The notes beneath the pieces were generated by a model. That model made no database searches and had not been told where the DNA came from. It saw only the letters and a list, made by a program, of their open reading frames with translations. A stretch of DNA of 64,000 bases. It comes from an uncultured Nitrospiraceae bacterium. GTDB taxonomy: Bacteria > Nitrospirota > Nitrospiria > Nitrospirales > Nitrospiraceae. Below are positions 9,740 through 19,725 of this stretch, in pieces. Numbering within the stretch: position 1 is the first letter of the stretch; every line of letters begins with the position of its first letter. The DNA lies in NCBI GenBank assembly GCA_963846575.1, contig CAWJWJ010000001.1, positions 512,001 through 576,000 on the forward strand. The letters are read 5' to 3'. The position numbers were made by a program, and so were the translations under genes.

Positions 9740-9985
9740 TCACTTCGTCTTTTTAACAAAGGCCTTATAGATCCGCTTGGAGGAATCCTGCTCTTCCTCC
9801 ATGCCCACCATCTCATGGCCGGTGGTTTGACACCAGGCCGGCATATCCTTCTTGATACCCTCGTCGTCAGAGACGACCTCCAGTACCTGCCCCGTCGCGA
9901 GCTCTTTAATTTTCTTCGAAGTCAAAATGATCGGCATCGGGCAGAAATACCCGAGCGTGTCGAGTTTCACATCAGCCTGTATCAT
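9740..9985 (-). CDS. tusA: Sulfurtransferase TusA family protein
   Basis: LDTLGYFCPMPI (CPxP), VVSDDEG and DMPAWC. Confidence 0.93.
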   Translation of the reverse strand: MIQADVKLDTLGYFCPMPIILTSKKIKELATGQVLEVVSDDEGIKKDMPAWCQTTGHEMVGMEEEQDSSKRIYKAFVKKTK

Positions 9986-10006
9986 GGAGCTCCCTCGGCC
10001 CGTCTC

Positions 10007-10537
10007 TTATATGAACAAATTGACACTGCCCTGCTTGGCTTCTGCCAGGTAGGTGGTCACTCCGGCGAACTGGTCGATCCCGTCGATCAACGTGTCCTTT
10101 GTAATCCCCATTAACCCCATCGTCGTCGTGCAGGCGATGAATCGTACGCCGAGATCCAGCGACATCTCCATCAATTCCGGCACGCCCGGCATGCGATTTT
10201 TTTTCATCACGACCTGCATCATCCTCGTCCCCAGCCCCCAGAAGTGGAAACGGGACAGCGGAAGTGTATCGGCGCCGCCCTTGTTGAGAAAGCCGAACAT
10301 GCGGCGCAACCAATCGGTGGCGGAACTGCTTGCCCCCTTCTTTCGAATCGTGTTGAGGCCCCAGAATGTAAAAAACACGGTCACCTGCATCCCCATGGCA
10401 GCAGCTCCGGTCGCAATAATGAAGGCGGCCATGGCTTTATCCAGATCTCCACTAAGGAGGACGATCGTGACACGATCAGGCTTCGACTCGCGGAGTTCCG
10501 CGAGAGCGGCCGTGGGCTCGATTTGTGCTGTGATCAT
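10007..10537 (-). CDS. DsrE2-like (DrsE_2) sulfur carrier protein
   Basis: SGDLDKA..AFIIATGAAAMG..VFFTFWG and IACTTTM. Confidence 0.92.
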   Translation of the reverse strand: MITAQIEPTAALAELRESKPDRVTIVLLSGDLDKAMAAFIIATGAAAMGMQVTVFFTFWGLNTIRKKGASSSATDWLRRMFGFLNKGGADTLPLSRFHFWGLGTRMMQVVMKKNRMPGVPELMEMSLDLGVRFIACTTTMGLMGITKDTLIDGIDQFAGVTTYLAEAKQGSVNLFI

Positions 10538-10589
10538 CGGTTACCTCGCGCTCGGCATACGAAGTTTGCCTCAAACTGCAATGAAAGAA

Positions 10590-10619
10590 ACTATAGTCTC
10601 CGCTTGTTTTTCTTGTCAA
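10590..10619 (-). promoter_or_regulatory. Sigma70 promoter for dsrE-tusA(-ftcD)
   Basis: TTGACA-N18-TATAGT. Confidence 0.7.
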
Positions 10620-10693
10620 GAAACTGGGCCGGCTAACGGCCATCTCTCGCCGGCATCTCCAGCATGCGGTCTCCTCACCAGGCTCCCGATTGC

Positions 10694-10722
10694 TTGACCT
10701 GCTGTAGGGCGGCCGTTATAGT
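10694..10722 (+). promoter_or_regulatory. Sigma70 promoter for the Rieske oxygenase gene
   Basis: TTGACC-N17-TATAGT. Confidence 0.65.
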
Positions 10723-10780
10723 CCCCTTGCCATACTGGCACGTCATCTTCCCAGCATATCGAGCCTTGTAGTCCTCGTTC

Positions 10781-11869
10781 ATGAACACAGACCTCATTAC
10801 CGAGCTGAGACCCACGAAGAGTGCTCCCCTGCTTGGATTCTGGTACCCCCTTACCACGAGCAGCTCACTGGCGAAGGGCCACATGCAATCGCAAGTGATG
10901 CTGGGACAGCCGATTCTCGCCTGCCGCGACCGTCACGGACAGGTGACGGCGATGCGTGATATCTGTCCCCACCGCGGCATGCCGCTCTCGTTCGGGCATT
11001 TCGACGGAGAGCGTGTGGAATGCGCCTATCATGGCTGGCAGTTTGATACGGGCGGTCGATGCCGTCATATTCCGGCGCTGATCGAAGGTTCTCCGCTCCA
11101 GCCCGATAAGATCGGGATCGTCTCTTATCCCTGCCAGGATCTCGACGGCTACATATGGGTGTTTCTCCCCGACCCGCAGCAACCGAACCAGGTTCCCCCG
11201 GAGCTCCCGCGGCTGCCACTGCCTTCCGAGCCCTATCGCCAGATCCAGATTTCGACTCTCTTAGACTGCACCATCGACGACGGGATCGTCGGTCTGATGG
11301 ACCCGGCCCATGGTCCATTCGTGCACCAAAGCTCCTGGTGGCGCACTAAGGCCAGCATCCACGACAAGGCCAAAACCTTCGAGCCGATACCGAACGGGTT
11401 TCGCATGGTTCCCCATGCGCCTTCCAAAAACAGCGGCCCGTACCAACTCCTGAACCGCTTTTACGGCGGCCCGCTGACCACGACCATCGACTTTGTGCTC
11501 CCCAACCAGCGGTTCGAACTCGTGCAATGCGGCTCGATGTTCGTCTCTTCACGCGCTACGGTGACACCCATCGGTGAACAACAATGTCGCATCGATTTTA
11601 CGGCGGCCTGGAATGCCTTTCGCTGGCTTCCGTTCTCTCAACCGCTGTTTCGCTACTTCGCGAATATTTTCATGAAGCAGGACAAGCAGGCGATGGAGCG
11701 GCAAGCCGTGGGACTGAAGTACAAACCGGCGCTCATGTTGATCAATGACGCCGATACTCCTGCCAAGTGGTACTACAAATTGAAGGCCGCGCACCTGGCG
11801 GCCGTGCAGACCGGTCGTCCGCTGGACCATCCCCTGAAGGGTCAGGTCACGCTCCGTTGGAGAAGTTAA
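10781..11869 (+). CDS. Rieske non-heme iron oxygenase alpha subunit (VanA-like)
   Basis: Rieske motif CPHRG...CAYHGW; mononuclear Fe site DPAHGPFVH...QD. Confidence 0.92.
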   Translation: MNTDLITELRPTKSAPLLGFWYPLTTSSSLAKGHMQSQVMLGQPILACRDRHGQVTAMRDICPHRGMPLSFGHFDGERVECAYHGWQFDTGGRCRHIPALIEGSPLQPDKIGIVSYPCQDLDGYIWVFLPDPQQPNQVPPELPRLPLPSEPYRQIQISTLLDCTIDDGIVGLMDPAHGPFVHQSSWWRTKASIHDKAKTFEPIPNGFRMVPHAPSKNSGPYQLLNRFYGGPLTTTIDFVLPNQRFELVQCGSMFVSSRATVTPIGEQQCRIDFTAAWNAFRWLPFSQPLFRYFANIFMKQDKQAMERQAVGLKYKPALMLINDADTPAKWYYKLKAAHLAAVQTGRPLDHPLKGQVTLRWRS

Positions 11870-11875
11870 TCAGAA

Positions 11876-13906
11876 TCAGGGGGTGCGGGCCAATGGACTC
11901 GAGCCATTGTGCGGTTCGTTGAGCAGAGCCATGGCGCGGCGTATCTGATCACGGGATCCGAGCAGCGTGACCACGTCCCCGGATTGCAATCGCACCGTCT
12001 CGGAAGGATTCGACTGGGTCATCTGGCTACGAGTCCACGCGATCACAGACGCCCCGGTTCGCGGACGAATGGAGAGATCTGCCAGCGACTTGCCCACCGC
12101 CGGGGCATCGTCGTCGATGCGGCAGGTTTCCACCTCGACATCGGTCAGGGTGCCCCCGCGAAGATGATGGGCAAGTTCAGGCATCTCGCTGCGACGCAGC
12201 AAGGCATATCCCTCCCGCCGAATTTGCTCCGCCTTTCGCGCCACGAATTCCTGCGGCAAATTGTAGGTTCGCAGCACCAGCGCGAAGATTTCAATCGACG
12301 TTTCGAACTCCTCCGGCACGACGTCGTCGGCGCCCAACTGGTGCAGCTCTTCCAGTTCTCGTAAATACCGGGTCCGCACGACGATGTGGACGGACGGATT
12401 CAGCCCTTTCGCGACATTCACCGTCCTCCGGGCCGTGAAGGGATCGGACAGCGCCACCACCAACACTTTGGCATCTTCGATTCTCATGTGCCGAAGGACG
12501 TTGGCATTCGAGCCGTCGCCATAATAAATCGGCACACCGTGGCGCGATTCCCGACGCACCGTATCTCCATCCAAGTCGAGCACGACATGAGGAATTTCTG
12601 TTTCGCTCAGCACACGGGCCAGGTTTCGACCGTTCAACCCGTATCCCACGACAATCACATGATCCTTGATACGAACTTGCGATCCTGCCAACTGTTCGAC
12701 ATGGGCCGCCGTGCGTGTCGGCAGCCAGCCCCGCACCCGTTGCAGTGCCTCAATCCGCCGCCCCAGATAGGGAGACCACTGCATCAGGAAGGGAGTTACC
12801 ACCATCGTCAGGACCGACGTCGCCAAAAACAGTTGGTAGAGATCCCCGGTCAACAACCCCGCATCCTGGCCCTGCTGGGCCAGGATGAAACTGAACTCAC
12901 CCACCTGCGCCAGTGCCACACCGACCAGAACCGCCGACCTCGGCGGGGCTCCCGCGGCAATCATCGCTCCGGCCCCGGTCACCAGCTTGCCGACAATCAC
13001 CGCCACCAACAGCCCCAACACAATGAACGGATGGTTCAACACCACCCGAAGGTCCATCAGGACCCCGATCGACACAAAAAACAGACTATTGAAACTATCC
13101 CGAAACGGCAGGACCTCCGCAAGCGCCTGGTGGCTGTATTCGGATTCAGAAATGACCAGACCGGCAATAAACGCGCCGAGGGCCAGCGACAGCCCACCCA
13201 ATGAGGTCAGCCAGGCGATCCCCAGACAAAGCACAATGATCGAGAGCAGGAAGAGCTCCCGGCTTCGGCTTCGGACGATATGACGTAACAAGCGCGGCAC
13301 GAGGTACCAGGCTGCCGCGACAATCAGCCCGACGACCAGTGCCGCCTTGACTAAGGTCACCAAGACGGTCCCCATCGCGCTCCCGCTGGGAGTGGCCAAA
13401 ATCGGGGTTACCAGCATCATCGGGACGACCGCGAGATCTTGAAAGATTAGAATCGCAACCGTGGCCCGACCGTGAAACGAATCGCTCTCTCCCTGCTCGG
13501 ACAGTGCTTTCAGGACAATCGCGGTGCTACTGAGGGAAAGAAGAAAGCCCCAGAAAATTCCCTGTTGATAGGACAGTCCCACAACCAGTGCCCCCAACAA
13601 CGCCAGGATGAGGACACCTCCGGTCTGGACGGGAGCCGCGACCATCAGCACGCGACGGGCCGACGCAAAATGCGCGGACGAAAACTCCATGCCGATCGTG
13701 AATAGGAGCAGCACAATTCCGATTTCGGCCAGCACCTGCACTTGAGAGGCATCCGGAATCAAATGGAGTCCGTGCGGGCCGATCAAGGCGCCTGCCACGA
13801 GAAAACCGGCGATCGATGGCAGGCGGAACTGGTGAAACACAAAGACCACGACAGTGGACACGGTGTAGATCACCAACAGGTCGCCGAGTACTGCGTAGTC
13901 ACTCAT
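11876..13906 (-). CDS. CPA2/Kef-type cation:proton antiporter with TrkA-N and TrkA-C domains
   Basis: LSSTAIV, ILIFQDL, LAQVGEFSF, and GYGLNG Rossmann motif. Confidence 0.95.
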   Translation of the reverse strand: MSDYAVLGDLLVIYTVSTVVVFVFHQFRLPSIAGFLVAGALIGPHGLHLIPDASQVQVLAEIGIVLLLFTIGMEFSSAHFASARRVLMVAAPVQTGGVLILALLGALVVGLSYQQGIFWGFLLSLSSTAIVLKALSEQGESDSFHGRATVAILIFQDLAVVPMMLVTPILATPSGSAMGTVLVTLVKAALVVGLIVAAAWYLVPRLLRHIVRSRSRELFLLSIIVLCLGIAWLTSLGGLSLALGAFIAGLVISESEYSHQALAEVLPFRDSFNSLFFVSIGVLMDLRVVLNHPFIVLGLLVAVIVGKLVTGAGAMIAAGAPPRSAVLVGVALAQVGEFSFILAQQGQDAGLLTGDLYQLFLATSVLTMVVTPFLMQWSPYLGRRIEALQRVRGWLPTRTAAHVEQLAGSQVRIKDHVIVVGYGLNGRNLARVLSETEIPHVVLDLDGDTVRRESRHGVPIYYGDGSNANVLRHMRIEDAKVLVVALSDPFTARRTVNVAKGLNPSVHIVVRTRYLRELEELHQLGADDVVPEEFETSIEIFALVLRTYNLPQEFVARKAEQIRREGYALLRRSEMPELAHHLRGGTLTDVEVETCRIDDDAPAVGKSLADLSIRPRTGASVIAWTRSQMTQSNPSETVRLQSGDVVTLLGSRDQIRRAMALLNEPHNGSSPLARTP

Positions 13907-14038
13907 CGTGTGAGGGGGTCCGAATCGGGGTCAGGAGCGAGTAATGCTGCGTAATCGCCACGCAGCATACCGCAGGGCTCTCCGCCGAACAAGCAGTTCC
14001 GCTTGTTCCGGCCTTCGCGCTCGGCTACAGTGGCGCCC

Positions 14039-14791
14039 ATGTCCGGACCGCATCGCTTGCAGGAAATCCCTCTGCGCGCCATTATTTTTGATTTTAACGG
14101 CGTGGTTGCCGACGACGAGATGCCGCACCTGCAGTGCTTTCAGCAGGCCCTGGCCGAGCATGACCTTCTGTTGAGTCGGGAGGATTATTACGGGACCTAT
14201 CTGGGCATGGATGAGCGAACCTGCACGACCGATCTGCTACGGAAGCGAGACGGATGCTGCGATCCTCTGCTCCACTCGAAGATCATCGAACGAAAAGCGA
14301 CCCTGTTTCGAGACTATACCACCGTGCATCCAGCGCCCTTATTCCCCTGGGCCATCGAGTTCGTTCAGCAAGCGGCGGAGCACCATCGGCTGGCCATTGC
14401 CTCCGGGGGCAGGCGGGACCAGATTTTGTCCGCACTGTCAGGAAGCGCCATCGAAAAGGCCTTTGAATTGGTTGTTTCCGCAGACGAATGTTCCGTTGGC
14501 AAACCCGACCCCGCCATCTACGAGCTCACCCTCAGACACTTGAATGCACGTCATCCCAAACCACCGCTGCTCAGAGCCGACGAGTGCCTGGTGATCGAAG
14601 ATTCACGGGCCGGGGTGGTGGCAGGACTGACAGCGGGCATGCGTGTCCTTGCAGTCGCGACAACCTATCCCGCATCCCAACTCGGCGATGCACACTTGAT
14701 TCTCCCCAGTCTGAAAGGGATCACGCCCGCTGATGTCGCCCATCGGTTACTTCAGAACCGTCAGGGTGTGGCAGGGAGACACGGACGATGA
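14039..14791 (+). CDS. HAD-IA family phosphatase
   Basis: IFDFNGV, ASGG, GKPDPAIY and VIEDS. Confidence 0.9.
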   Translation: MSGPHRLQEIPLRAIIFDFNGVVADDEMPHLQCFQQALAEHDLLLSREDYYGTYLGMDERTCTTDLLRKRDGCCDPLLHSKIIERKATLFRDYTTVHPAPLFPWAIEFVQQAAEHHRLAIASGGRRDQILSALSGSAIEKAFELVVSADECSVGKPDPAIYELTLRHLNARHPKPPLLRADECLVIEDSRAGVVAGLTAGMRVLAVATTYPASQLGDAHLILPSLKGITPADVAHRLLQNRQGVAGRHGR

Positions 14792-14865
14792 AACCGCCAT
14801 CACGAGCGCGATGACCCTAATCAGACGGGGTTCTACAACAAGAACTGCAGGGAGGCTCAGCACGA

Positions 14866-14887
14866 CCTCCCAGGAAAGTCTGGGAGG
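14866..14887. terminator. Hairpin between convergent genes
   Basis: CCTCCCAG-gaaagt-CTGGGAGG. Confidence 0.45.
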
Positions 14888-14894
14888 GAGCCGG

Positions 14895-15320
14895 CTAGAA
14901 GGGAATGCGAATGCCCATCTGAAACTCGTTGGGCATTACACCCCTACCCAACGAATCGCCCAGGAGGTTTTGCTGTGAAAATCCCGAGGAAGGACCCAGG
15001 GCCCGATCACGTTCAGTGACAAACCCGCCGCCGAATCCTGCCCCGATATAAGGAATCAGTGTCTGCTCCCTCAATTGTACACGTCCACTCAGGGTGGGGG
15101 TCTGACGAATGATGTCCTGGCCTCGATCGTCGACCGTAGGAAGCTGAGACAACGCGCTTGATGACTGTGGGCTCCGGTCACTCCACAGGGGAGGCTGGTT
15201 CAGCAGATCCTCGGCCAAGGCCGCACCAGCCAAGACGGCGGTTAACAGTCCCACACCCAGCACGGACCTGATGATATTCTGGGTCGTCCTTCCCGGACCT
15301 GTCACTTCAATCATCCGCAT
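14895..15320 (-). CDS. Hypothetical exported protein ending in an outer-membrane-type beta strand; start uncertain
   Basis: Signal-like segment, PYIGAGFG, terminal FQMGIRIPF. Confidence 0.7.
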   Translation of the reverse strand: MRMIEVTGPGRTTQNIIRSVLGVGLLTAVLAGAALAEDLLNQPPLWSDRSPQSSSALSQLPTVDDRGQDIIRQTPTLSGRVQLREQTLIPYIGAGFGGGFVTERDRALGPSSGFSQQNLLGDSLGRGVMPNEFQMGIRIPF

Positions 15321-15487
15321 GTGAAACACCATACCCCAAACGCTCGACACGCAACAAGTCGGTTCACTGCCTCACCAGCACCATCGCCGATTGATTCGCT
15401 GCACGATCATCGGGTCTCAACCAGTTCGTTTCAGTGCGAACCTTGTTTCTGCCGAAAGCTCCGGTTACCCTCCTATCCTGACGCTGC

Positions 15488-16315
15488 GTGAGCCACTTCG
15501 CGTATGTAGCAAGCCCTCGACCGACGGCCCCAATGATTTGTCTGACCGGCAACGTTCATCATCGCTCATACCGCGGCAGTGACGTACGTCCGGCGGGGCA
15601 CACGGAGGTGCAACTAGCTTTGCGGTATTGTGACATTGCCGCTCGACACCAGGTCAAGCTGACTCTGTTCATCACGGGTAAGGCCTGCCTCGAGGAACCT
15701 GATACGGTGGCGGCGTTGGGACGGTCTGCGCATTGCGAGATCGGCGGTCACACGTTCTGCGCCTTTCGTTCTCTTCCGCACTGGCTCTCAAAACACCTTG
15801 GAGGGTCCGTACTCGGTTCCGCCGCGATGCAAAGGTATGACATCGAGAGAACCATCACATCCATACAAGACGTCACAGGGAAAAGGATCACGGCCTGGCG
15901 TAATCACGCCTTCCAACGCGACGCTCACACGTATTCACTGCTGGGCGAACTGGGCATTCAGATCGTGTCGGATCAGGTCTCGACAACCACCACCTCGGTT
16001 GAACGTTTGAGCCAGGAACTGATCGCGCTGCCGATCAATACACTGCCTGACCATGAACACCTACTGCATGGCCGGTATGTTCCCGGACGCGCATATTTCT
16101 CGCAGCTAGAGGATAGAAGGACGATTCAGGAATGGCGGGAAAGCGTGGAGCATCAGGTGGACACGATTGAGCGCCTCGGCGGCATTGCAACTCTTCTGGT
16201 CCGCCCCCTCTGCATGGCGGTAGCGGACGACATGCAATCGTTCGACCAACTCTGCCGCTTTCTGTCCCGCTACGAGACCCGATGGATCTCCGAGGCAACC
16301 CTACCCAGAGGCTAG
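15488..16315 (+). CDS. Polysaccharide deacetylase (CE4/NodB-like) family protein with degenerate motifs
   Basis: LTGNVHH, KLTLFITG, EIGGHT and GGIATLLVRP. Confidence 0.8.
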   Translation: MSHFAYVASPRPTAPMICLTGNVHHRSYRGSDVRPAGHTEVQLALRYCDIAARHQVKLTLFITGKACLEEPDTVAALGRSAHCEIGGHTFCAFRSLPHWLSKHLGGSVLGSAAMQRYDIERTITSIQDVTGKRITAWRNHAFQRDAHTYSLLGELGIQIVSDQVSTTTTSVERLSQELIALPINTLPDHEHLLHGRYVPGRAYFSQLEDRRTIQEWRESVEHQVDTIERLGGIATLLVRPLCMAVADDMQSFDQLCRFLSRYETRWISEATLPRG

Positions 16316-16325
16316 GCTGACGTCG

Positions 16326-18500
16326 TCACCATCTCCCGACGGGAGCCACGCAGCGAAATCCGATCGTCGCACATCGATCCAAACCCGGCCACATGAGCAA
16401 AAATTTTGCAGCGAAATCGGTCGGCTGAGGCCCACCGTCCATGTACCAGTGAGAGCCTTCGGCACGGTAGTAGGACCCTCCCCGAATCATGCAGAATCGT
16501 GTGCGCCCATCCGTCCGTTCGCTCTCGGTCCATTCCCAGACGTTCCCGCACATGTCGTAACACCCGAATGGCGAACGGCCTTGAGGGAACGAGGTGACGC
16601 TCGTCGTCATTCCGGTTTCCCCGCCATTACATCGCCCGGGAAGCATGGCATCACCCCAAGGGTACTTCCACGCCTCCGGTCCCTGCGCGGCATATTGCCA
16701 CTGCTCCTCAGTGGGAAGCACCTTGCCGGCCCAGGCTGCATAGGCGCGTGCGTCATCGAGGTCCACGTACACGACCGGATGATCCGCCATTTCCAGAGGT
16801 GGTGTTCGGTCAGTCCAATGTTTAAGAAAATTATGGGCATGGAGAGGCCGATACGAGGTGGCACGAAGGAACTCGGCAAATTGCGTATTGGTCACCGGCG
16901 TCAAATCGACGGCATACCGCTCGAGGGTAGCTGTACGTTCAAATCTCTTCGGCTGGTGAAAGTTGGCATACAGTTCTTCACGATTGATTTCATTTGCATA
17001 AAACCCGCATTCCCGGGTTCTCACCTGCACCAGGATCTTCACGGTCGCAGGCGGAATGACGACCATCCCCGCAGGAGGCATCCGGACCGCCTCAGCCACG
17101 TTCCAGCCAGAATCCCGCAACCGGACCGGACGTGAAGGGACGTCTGTGCTGTCCTCAGGCCTGACGGAGAGACTCTCTTGCACACTGAGAAAGCTGTGGA
17201 GGTCCGCACCCAAAGCAGCCGGCGGTCCCGCCACAATTCCGGCGAGGCCTCGCGGAGGGATTCCCCCCTGGAGTGCCACCCTGCCGCCTTGAACCGGCGG
17301 AAATATCTTCCTTCCTGCGAACAGATCCACATACTGTTCACCCTCGGCAGCAGCTACCTTCAAGAGCACGCCCGATATGGGGCGCTCCGAGCGATTCACC
17401 AACGTCCAGAGCCTGACACCCGATTCTTCCCACAGGGTGGCGTACACATCCTCGACCTCCGTCGGCACGAGTGGCGTCCAACCCTCTCCTGAAAACAGCG
17501 TGGCAAAGCGACGCTGGATAGAGACCATCGCTCGCAGCACGGCCCGGTCCCTCTCCGACCACCCCACCCAGGACCCAAACACATTTTCCCAGACGACCAT
17601 TCCGCTGCCGTTCATCCAGGCTGTTTGCAGCTGAGGTATGTGATCGCGATTCCATCGAGCCGTCTGGTGCATCATATGACGCCGCTCATACCACTTGTCC
17701 CGCAGTATGCCGGGCACCCGACTGTCCTCGAAGTGTTGCGCCCAGGACATATGATGATCCGGAAGATAGGCGAGCGGCAGGTCCCCCTCACCCTCAAGGA
17801 CAAGCCCTGGTCGAACACGATCCAACGCCCGGCGCAACCCGTCCGGCGCCAAAGGCATCGTGTCGAGATACACGCCGTCGGCCTCCGTGGCATTAACGAG
17901 GTCGGCCAGCGCGTCGACATCGGACACACGTTCTCGCCTCGTCCCCAGGTCCCACGGTTTGTACACAATCAATGCGCGTACTCCCTGTTGATGACAGCGT
18001 CGCACGACCTCCCTGACACCATCCAGCCCGCCAGGCATGTCCCGATAGAAGTCGAACTGATTTCGATCGTCGGCTCCGATCCGCGGGTACGCATGCCACA
18101 GGATCACGTTGTCAAAACCACCAAACTTCATGTGGGCCTGTTTCAGGAATTCTTCCACCGTGAACTGCCCTGTTTCCGGATCGAAAAACTCGGCGTCACA
18201 CAACATGACGAAACAACTGGTAAAACTCGACCGCGCCCAGGCCGTCGATTCGTCGCGATACCGAACGTCGTCATAGCGCGAGGACACACGGGCCTGATTG
18301 CGCCACTCCGCCAGGCGCTGCCGGAAAAGTGGCCATGACTCAGGCGAATGGGGTGCGTGGATCAACGGCTTGCTGAAATCCCACGGCTCTATGGGTGTGT
18401 GGGCTGCCAGCCTGCAGGGAGCACCGGCAGAGAGCCAGGCCCCGAGTCCGAACAGAAGCCTGAGGAGTTGTCGACGTGTCATCGGCAGCCGAGCATGCAT
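16326..18500 (-). CDS. Tat-exported protein: glycoside-hydrolase-like N-terminal domain plus FGE-sulfatase (SUMF1) C-terminal domain
   Basis: TRRQLL Tat motif, DGVYLDT, and LPTEEQWQYAA, DMCGNVWEW, RGGSY, GFRC. Confidence 0.9.
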   Translation of the reverse strand: MHARLPMTRRQLLRLLFGLGAWLSAGAPCRLAAHTPIEPWDFSKPLIHAPHSPESWPLFRQRLAEWRNQARVSSRYDDVRYRDESTAWARSSFTSCFVMLCDAEFFDPETGQFTVEEFLKQAHMKFGGFDNVILWHAYPRIGADDRNQFDFYRDMPGGLDGVREVVRRCHQQGVRALIVYKPWDLGTRRERVSDVDALADLVNATEADGVYLDTMPLAPDGLRRALDRVRPGLVLEGEGDLPLAYLPDHHMSWAQHFEDSRVPGILRDKWYERRHMMHQTARWNRDHIPQLQTAWMNGSGMVVWENVFGSWVGWSERDRAVLRAMVSIQRRFATLFSGEGWTPLVPTEVEDVYATLWEESGVRLWTLVNRSERPISGVLLKVAAAEGEQYVDLFAGRKIFPPVQGGRVALQGGIPPRGLAGIVAGPPAALGADLHSFLSVQESLSVRPEDSTDVPSRPVRLRDSGWNVAEAVRMPPAGMVVIPPATVKILVQVRTRECGFYANEINREELYANFHQPKRFERTATLERYAVDLTPVTNTQFAEFLRATSYRPLHAHNFLKHWTDRTPPLEMADHPVVYVDLDDARAYAAWAGKVLPTEEQWQYAAQGPEAWKYPWGDAMLPGRCNGGETGMTTSVTSFPQGRSPFGCYDMCGNVWEWTESERTDGRTRFCMIRGGSYYRAEGSHWYMDGGPQPTDFAAKFLLMWPGLDRCATIGFRCVAPVGRW

Positions 18501-18660
18501 GGGCGACCATTTATTCAGTCGCCGATGTTCACGGAAGTTCTACGCGTGAGGCCGGACCGTTTTCAAGCCACGAGAACGCGCTCGGGCGACACGCCCGTGC
18601 GGCAATACAGAGAAGCGGCGATGACGCCCTTGAGACAATGGCAGAGAAGAAATTGCGGAA

Positions 18661-19683
18661 CTACACTTGGTAATAATCCCGATACCACTCGACGAACCGC
18701 GCGATGCCGGTCTCAATCGTGGTGGCGGGTTTGAAGCCGGTGTCGCGCATCAGGTCCGCCACATCGGCATAGGTGGCCGGCACGTCCCCGGCCTGCAGCG
18801 GGAGGAAGTTTTTTTCCGCCTTCTTGCCGAGGGTGTGTTCCAGCACCTCGATGAAACGCAACAGCTCAACCGGTTGGTGGTTACCGATATTGTACAGACG
18901 GTAGGGGGCGGAACTGCCGCCGGGATCGGGGTTGTCGCTGGACCACTGCGGGTCGGGCTGCGCCGGCCGATCGAGCGTTCTCAGCACTCCCTCGACGATG
19001 TCATCGACGTAGGTAAAGTCGCGCTGCATCTTGCCGTGATTGAAGACGTCGATCGGTTTTCCTTCCAAGATCGCCTTGGTAAACAGAAACAGAGCCATGT
19101 CGGGACGGCCCCAGGGACCATAGACGGTAAAAAACCGCAGGCCTGTGATCGGGAACCGGTACAGGTGGGCGTAACAATGCGCCATGAGCTCGTTCGCCTT
19201 TTTCGTCGCGGCGTAGAGTGACACGGGATGATCAACATTATCGTGCACCGAGAACGGCATATGCGTATGGCCTCCATACACCGAGCTGGTGGAGGCATAT
19301 ACGAGGTGGTCGGCATGATGGTGGCGGCAGCCTTCGAGGACGTTGAGAAATCCATCGATGTTGCTCGCGGTGTAGGCATGGGGATTGACCAGCGAATACC
19401 GGACACCCGCCTGGGCCGCCAGATGGACGACGCGTCGAATGGGCTGTTGGGCGAAGAGCGCGGCCATTCCGGCACGATCCGACAGGTCCAGTTTGGTGAA
19501 TCGAAACTGGGGGTGCGGCAGGAGTTTCTCCAACCGTGCCTCTTTCAGGCGAACATCGTAGTAGTCATTAAGATTGTCCAACCCGAGCACGGAGTCGCCG
19601 CGATCGAGCAGACGCTTGGCGACATGAGACCCGATGAAGCCGGCCGCGCCGGTAACGAGTACGAGATCCTTGGTAGCGCCCAT
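18661..19683 (-). CDS. NAD-dependent epimerase (UDP-glucuronate 4-epimerase type)
   Basis: [24 protein letters not shown] and GPWGRPDMA. Confidence 0.96.
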   Translation of the reverse strand: MGATKDLVLVTGAAGFIGSHVAKRLLDRGDSVLGLDNLNDYYDVRLKEARLEKLLPHPQFRFTKLDLSDRAGMAALFAQQPIRRVVHLAAQAGVRYSLVNPHAYTASNIDGFLNVLEGCRHHHADHLVYASTSSVYGGHTHMPFSVHDNVDHPVSLYAATKKANELMAHCYAHLYRFPITGLRFFTVYGPWGRPDMALFLFTKAILEGKPIDVFNHGKMQRDFTYVDDIVEGVLRTLDRPAQPDPQWSSDNPDPGGSSAPYRLYNIGNHQPVELLRFIEVLEHTLGKKAEKNFLPLQAGDVPATYADVADLMRDTGFKPATTIETGIARFVEWYRDYYQV

Positions 19684-19725
19684 ATCGTCTTGTGTCCCTT
19701 CCCAGTCCGGTTACGTTCACACAGG

